A stretch of DNA of 9,507 bases, from contig JALVPN010000192.1 of assembly GCA_027031765.1 (NCBI GenBank), positions 1 to 9,507 on the forward strand. The letters are read 5' to 3'. Both the position numbers and the translations under genes were made by a program. Shown here piece by piece: positions 5,679 to 9,507 of the stretch. The DNA comes from Promethearchaeota archaeon. Its GTDB lineage: Archaea > Asgardarchaeota > Thorarchaeia > Thorarchaeales > Thorarchaeaceae. The notes under the pieces are model-generated. The model saw nothing but the letters and a program-made list of their open reading frames with translations, did not search any database and was not told the origin of the DNA. Numbering within the stretch: position 1 is the first letter of the stretch; the number at the start of each line of letters is the position of its first letter.

Positions 5679-7742
5679 CTAATCACTGTCGTGCTTTCGG
5701 AGCCTCTCTTCGAGTGTCTGTCTGACGTGTGACGGCATCATGTGGCCCCGTTCATCGAGCAGACGACGTAGAGTGTCCGGTGACATGTCCTCCATCATCC
5801 GCATTGCTGGTCCGGCTGCCCCCGACGGGTGTCCGTCAATGGATCCATGGACTGGACCCGGCCCCAAGGCCCCGGCCTGCGCTGGGACGCTCTCCTCGGC
5901 GACGACCTCTTCTGCTCTGCGCAGCCTCTCCACGGTTATTTCCTCCACGCCTTGGTGTGCGTAGTAGGTGTCGTAGAGTGCCTTGTAGACCCCGCCCTGG
6001 GCCAGCAGCTCGTCCTGAGTGCCCTGTTCCACGAGCCGCCCCTCCTGGAACACGAGTATCCTGGAGGCGTTGGCCACGGTGGTGAGCCTGTGTGCTATCA
6101 CGACTGTGGTCCTGTCGGCGAAGAGCTTCGCCTGTGCGTCCTGTACCAGGGCCTCGCTGTATGCATCGAGTCTGCTCGTCGCCTCGTCGAGGACCAGGAT
6201 ACGTGGGTCTGCGAGCATTGTCCTTGCAATGGCAATCATCTGCCTCTGTCCGGCACTGAGGTTCTTGCCGTTCTCCACCACCATGGTGTGGTACCCGTCT
6301 GCCAGTACCTCGATGAACTCGTCGGCGCCAATCATCTTGCAGAGCCTGATGACCTCCTCGTCGGTGGCACTCTCCCGTCCGTAGCGGATGTTCTCAAGGA
6401 TGGTACCGTCGAACAGGTACGGCTCCTGCGGCACCAGCGCCACAGCCCCGTGCAACGACTCGAGCGTGATATCGCGCAGGTCCTGGTCACCTATCAGGAT
6501 GCGTCCTTTCTGTGGGTCGTAGAAACGGTTGATCAGTGCAGCGATGGTGGTCTTCCCGGCGCCGGTGTGCCCGACAAGGGCGACGGTCTCGCCGGGCCGG
6601 ACTGTGAAGCTCACGTCCTTGAGCACCTCGGTGCCCTCCCTGTACCAGAACGTCACGTGGTCGAACGTGATGCCGTCGCTGTCGGGACGCAGTGGCACGG
6701 CACCCTCCCTGTCGCTGATGGCCCTCTTGGCCTCCAGCACATCGGATATCCTGTCCATTGCTGCCAGTGACGACTGCACCTGCGTGGCCATCATTGAGAG
6801 GCTGAGCAGCGGCCACATGAACCTGCCCAGCAGGACGACGCCAAGGAATATCTCCCCCACCGTCATCACTGGTGTCGCACCCACTGCCATGGTGCCGCCA
6901 ACGAAGAGCACGGCTGCGACCGCGAACTGCCCCATGGAACGTACCAGCGGCTGCATTGCGCTCATCAACATCATGAACCTGAAGCCGTACTTGTACGCCT
7001 TCTGGTTGAGCCGCATGAGTGCCCCTGCCAGCTCCTCCTCTCGGTTGAAGGCCTTTGCCACATGTATACCAGCAAGGTTCTCAGCAATCTGTCCGGAGAC
7101 CTGTCCGTACGCCCGCTGCGAGGCAAGCATTATCCTCTGTCCAACCGTGCCGAACAGCACAGTGATGAAGATAACTCCTGGCACTACCACGAGGGATGCA
7201 AGTGCGACGTAGGCGGACGTGATCCACAGCATGATGAAGCTGGCCACGAGCATCAGTGCCTGGCTTGCAAAGTCAATCATGACCTGGATGCCGACGCCAA
7301 GGGCAACGGTGTCCGTGGTCACACGGGATGTGACATTCCCGCTCTGTTCAGACTTGTGGTATGACAGGTCGGCGCGTACCAGGTGGTCGTACACGTCCAC
7401 CTGTACCGCCCTGACAAACCCTGCCTGTGCACCTGAGAGCACCCATGTGTTTGCACCCCTGAGCAGCCATGACGAGAGCTTGAAGATGATATAGAGTTCC
7501 ACAAGGAACAGCAGCACCCTGAAGTCCCGGGCGGTGGAGAACACGTTGTCAATCCCCCACCTCAGTATCAGGGGGTCGAAAACTGCAATCGCAGTGCCCG
7601 CAATGGACAGCACAGCACCCAGCGCCACAATGCGCCTGAACTTGCCGAGGTAGTCTATCATCCGACGCAGCAGCACCCTCACGGGCCTGCTCGGCTTCTC
7701 TCGCCTTGATGCCAGCGCCCTCGGCCCATGTGGACGCATCAC
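5679..7742 (-). CDS. Type IV ABC exporter subunit (TMD-NBD), TM288/TmrA-like half, with a 93-aa C-terminal tail
   Basis: Six-helix TMD, Walker A GHTGAGKTT, Q-loop VPQEP, degenerate signature LSAGQ, canonical Walker B VLDE and H-switch IAHRL. Start is GTG 7742 or ATG 7739, overlapping the upstream TGA (GTGATG). Confidence 0.95.
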   Translation of the reverse strand: MMRPHGPRALASRREKPSRPVRVLLRRMIDYLGKFRRIVALGAVLSIAGTAIAVFDPLILRWGIDNVFSTARDFRVLLFLVELYIIFKLSSWLLRGANTWVLSGAQAGFVRAVQVDVYDHLVRADLSYHKSEQSGNVTSRVTTDTVALGVGIQVMIDFASQALMLVASFIMLWITSAYVALASLVVVPGVIFITVLFGTVGQRIMLASQRAYGQVSGQIAENLAGIHVAKAFNREEELAGALMRLNQKAYKYGFRFMMLMSAMQPLVRSMGQFAVAAVLFVGGTMAVGATPVMTVGEIFLGVVLLGRFMWPLLSLSMMATQVQSSLAAMDRISDVLEAKRAISDREGAVPLRPDSDGITFDHVTFWYREGTEVLKDVSFTVRPGETVALVGHTGAGKTTIAALINRFYDPQKGRILIGDQDLRDITLESLHGAVALVPQEPYLFDGTILENIRYGRESATDEEVIRLCKMIGADEFIEVLADGYHTMVVENGKNLSAGQRQMIAIARTMLADPRILVLDEATSRLDAYSEALVQDAQAKLFADRTTVVIAHRLTTVANASRILVFQEGRLVEQGTQDELLAQGGVYKALYDTYYAHQGVEEITVERLRRAEEVVAEESVPAQAGALGPGPVHGSIDGHPSGAAGPAMRMMEDMSPDTLRRLLDERGHMMPSHVRQTLEERLRKHDSD

Positions 7743-9507
7743 TGGTGACCACCGCCTCTACTGGCTGCCGGCGTCCCGGCCAGCACGGACTCCGCCCCTG
7801 GCAGCTTCTCAAAGACCCTGCGGTAGCGCTCAGAGGTGCGCATCAGTTCCTCGTGTGTCCCGCTTGCCGCGAGCCGCCCCCTGTCGACAATGACAATCAT
7901 ATCAGACTCCAGGAGGGTGCGCAGCCTCTGTGTGACCGTGATGCTGGTCCTACCACGCATCACCTCTTCGAGGGCCTTCCGCATCATGAACTCAGTCCTT
8001 GCATCGACTGCACTCACAGAGTCGTCGAGGAGCAGTATCTTCGGGTCCTGCACGAGTGCACGTGCGATTGCGAGCCTCTGCCTCTGACCACCGCTCAGTG
8101 TCATCCCGCGCTCGCCAATGACCGTGTCGTACCCCTGCGGCATCTTGACTATGAACTCGTGTGCCTGTGCGCGCTTTGCAGCCTCAACAATCTCCTCGTC
8201 TGTGGCATCGACGCGTCCAAAGGCGATGTTGTCCCTTATGCTCATCCGGAACAGGAAGATGTCCTGCTCGACCAGTCCCACCGCTTCTCTCACCTGCCGG
8301 GTGCTGACCTCACGCAGGTCGACACCACCCACCCTGATACTCCCCTCCGTGGGGTCGTAGAGCCTGAGCAGCAACTTCAGTATGGTGCTCTTGCCACTGC
8401 CGGGGCCACCAATCAGTGCCACCCGCGAGCCGCCGGGGATCCGGAGGCTGAAGTCACGCAGTACGTAGTGCCCGTTCTCGCTGCCGGAGTTGCCGTACCT
8501 GAAGCTGACGTCCTCAAAGACGATGTCACCCGACCAGTCGACCTCCGTCACCTCGTCCTCCGGCTCCACCATCGGGTCTTTCCAGTTCAGGATGTCTACA
8601 ATCCGCTGTGCGTTCACGTAGCCGCCCCGCAGCACCAGTAGCATCCGTGCGAGCATGAAGTTGAACCCCTCAAGGCTGACGAGGAGCGTCAGAACCGTGG
8701 TCAGTGTACCTACCGAGGCCGCACCGACCAGTACTGCGTAGCCCCCGTAGAAGAAGACAACAGTGGTCATCACAATGAGCACCAGTGCGGGCGGGTAGAA
8801 CGAGGCAAGGCGCCCCTCACGTGCGACCATGTCCTCATACTGCTTGCTGACCCGCCTGAACTTCTCGACCTCACGCTCCTCGGAACCGAAGGCACGCACG
8901 ACCTCGATGCCTGCGAACACGCCCTGCGCCACAGCTGTGAGCCGTTCCATGTCCTCTGATCGGCGACGCCGCACCGACTCCACAGTGTTCGCGTACCTAT
9001 ATGCAAGTCCGATGTAGATGGGGGTGCCGACCGCTATCACCAGAGTGAACACCGGTACTGGCACGCCGGCCACCGTCACCAGCCCGGCAAGCCCACCCGA
9101 CATGTCGTAGGACGCCAGGAAGGCCCCGGCAACAACAAAGGACGACAGGCCAAAGGTCAGGTTCCTGAGGGCAGGGTTCAGGGACATCCGCACCCAGCCG
9201 ATGTCCTGCATCGCCACTGAGAGGAGCCGCTTGCTGTCCACAGCGTCATGGAACGTCATGCTGAAGTCCTGCAGGGCCTCGAAGAACTCCTGCCTGGCAT
9301 CACGCTCCCACCGCAGCGTCACTGCCGCCCACGCGTAGCCCACTGCAAAGTACATCACAAGGTATGCCAGTCCCGTCCCGACAATCATCCAGCACATCAT
9401 CACGAAGGTGGGGCCCAGCCCCTCTGTGGTCAGTGCGTCCACGGCCCGTCCGACAAACACGCCGGGCAGCATCGTCAGCAGTGACGACACAACGGTCAGG
9501 ACAAGCG
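7739..9507 (-). CDS. Type IV ABC exporter subunit (TMD-NBD), TM287/TmrB-like half; 5' end is outside the window
   Basis: Walker A GGPGSGKST, canonical signature LSGGQ, degenerate Walker B LLDD and switch TQR. The frame stays open to the window edge (..LVLTVVSSLLTMLPG..), so the 9490 start in the ORF track is not the real start. Confidence 0.95.
   Translation of the reverse strand, partial: LVLTVVSSLLTMLPGVFVGRAVDALTTEGLGPTFVMMCWMIVGTGLAYLVMYFAVGYAWAAVTLRWERDARQEFFEALQDFSMTFHDAVDSKRLLSVAMQDIGWVRMSLNPALRNLTFGLSSFVVAGAFLASYDMSGGLAGLVTVAGVPVPVFTLVIAVGTPIYIGLAYRYANTVESVRRRRSEDMERLTAVAQGVFAGIEVVRAFGSEEREVEKFRRVSKQYEDMVAREGRLASFYPPALVLIVMTTVVFFYGGYAVLVGAASVGTLTTVLTLLVSLEGFNFMLARMLLVLRGGYVNAQRIVDILNWKDPMVEPEDEVTEVDWSGDIVFEDVSFRYGNSGSENGHYVLRDFSLRIPGGSRVALIGGPGSGKSTILKLLLRLYDPTEGSIRVGGVDLREVSTRQVREAVGLVEQDIFLFRMSIRDNIAFGRVDATDEEIVEAAKRAQAHEFIVKMPQGYDTVIGERGMTLSGGQRQRLAIARALVQDPKILLLDDSVSAVDARTEFMMRKALEEVMRGRTSITVTQRLRTLLESDMIVIVDRGRLAASGTHEELMRTSERYRRVFEKLPGAESVLAGTPAASRGGGHQ

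Noticed and set aside
5729-8641. Long plus-strand ORFs (5829-6770, 6529-7212, 7706-8641 and others)
   Set aside because: Antisense shadows of the ABC genes caused by GC-biased codon usage; no recognisable domains.
1-9507. CRISPR array, tandem repeats, IS elements or integrase
   Set aside because: No regularly spaced direct repeats, terminal inverted repeats with target duplications, or transposase/recombinase motifs were seen.

Overview
GC-rich archaeal chromosomal window, most likely from an Asgard archaeon (inference from an archaeal-type single-module ZPR1, an archaeal tRNA-Ala, TATA-type promoters and a longin-domain protein; possibly Thorarchaeia). Left to right: tRNA-Ala(UGC) (-); Mig-type HhH-GPD/[4Fe-4S] T:G mismatch DNA glycosylase (-); SinI/Sau96I-like DNA cytosine-C5 methyltransferase with a ~116-aa N-terminal extension (-); ZPR1 zinc-finger protein (-); divergently, a longin + tandem winged-helix protein resembling GATOR1 subunits NPRL2/NPRL3 (+); a 7-8 TM membrane protein (+); and a translationally coupled heterodimeric type IV ABC exporter (TM287/288-like, -) whose first subunit runs off the right edge. 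The two most notable items are (1) a C5-methyltransferase paired with a T:G glycosylase, with no restriction enzyme or Vsr in the window, and (2) the NPRL2-like protein. All family assignments come from motif reading and recalled sequences; no searches were run.
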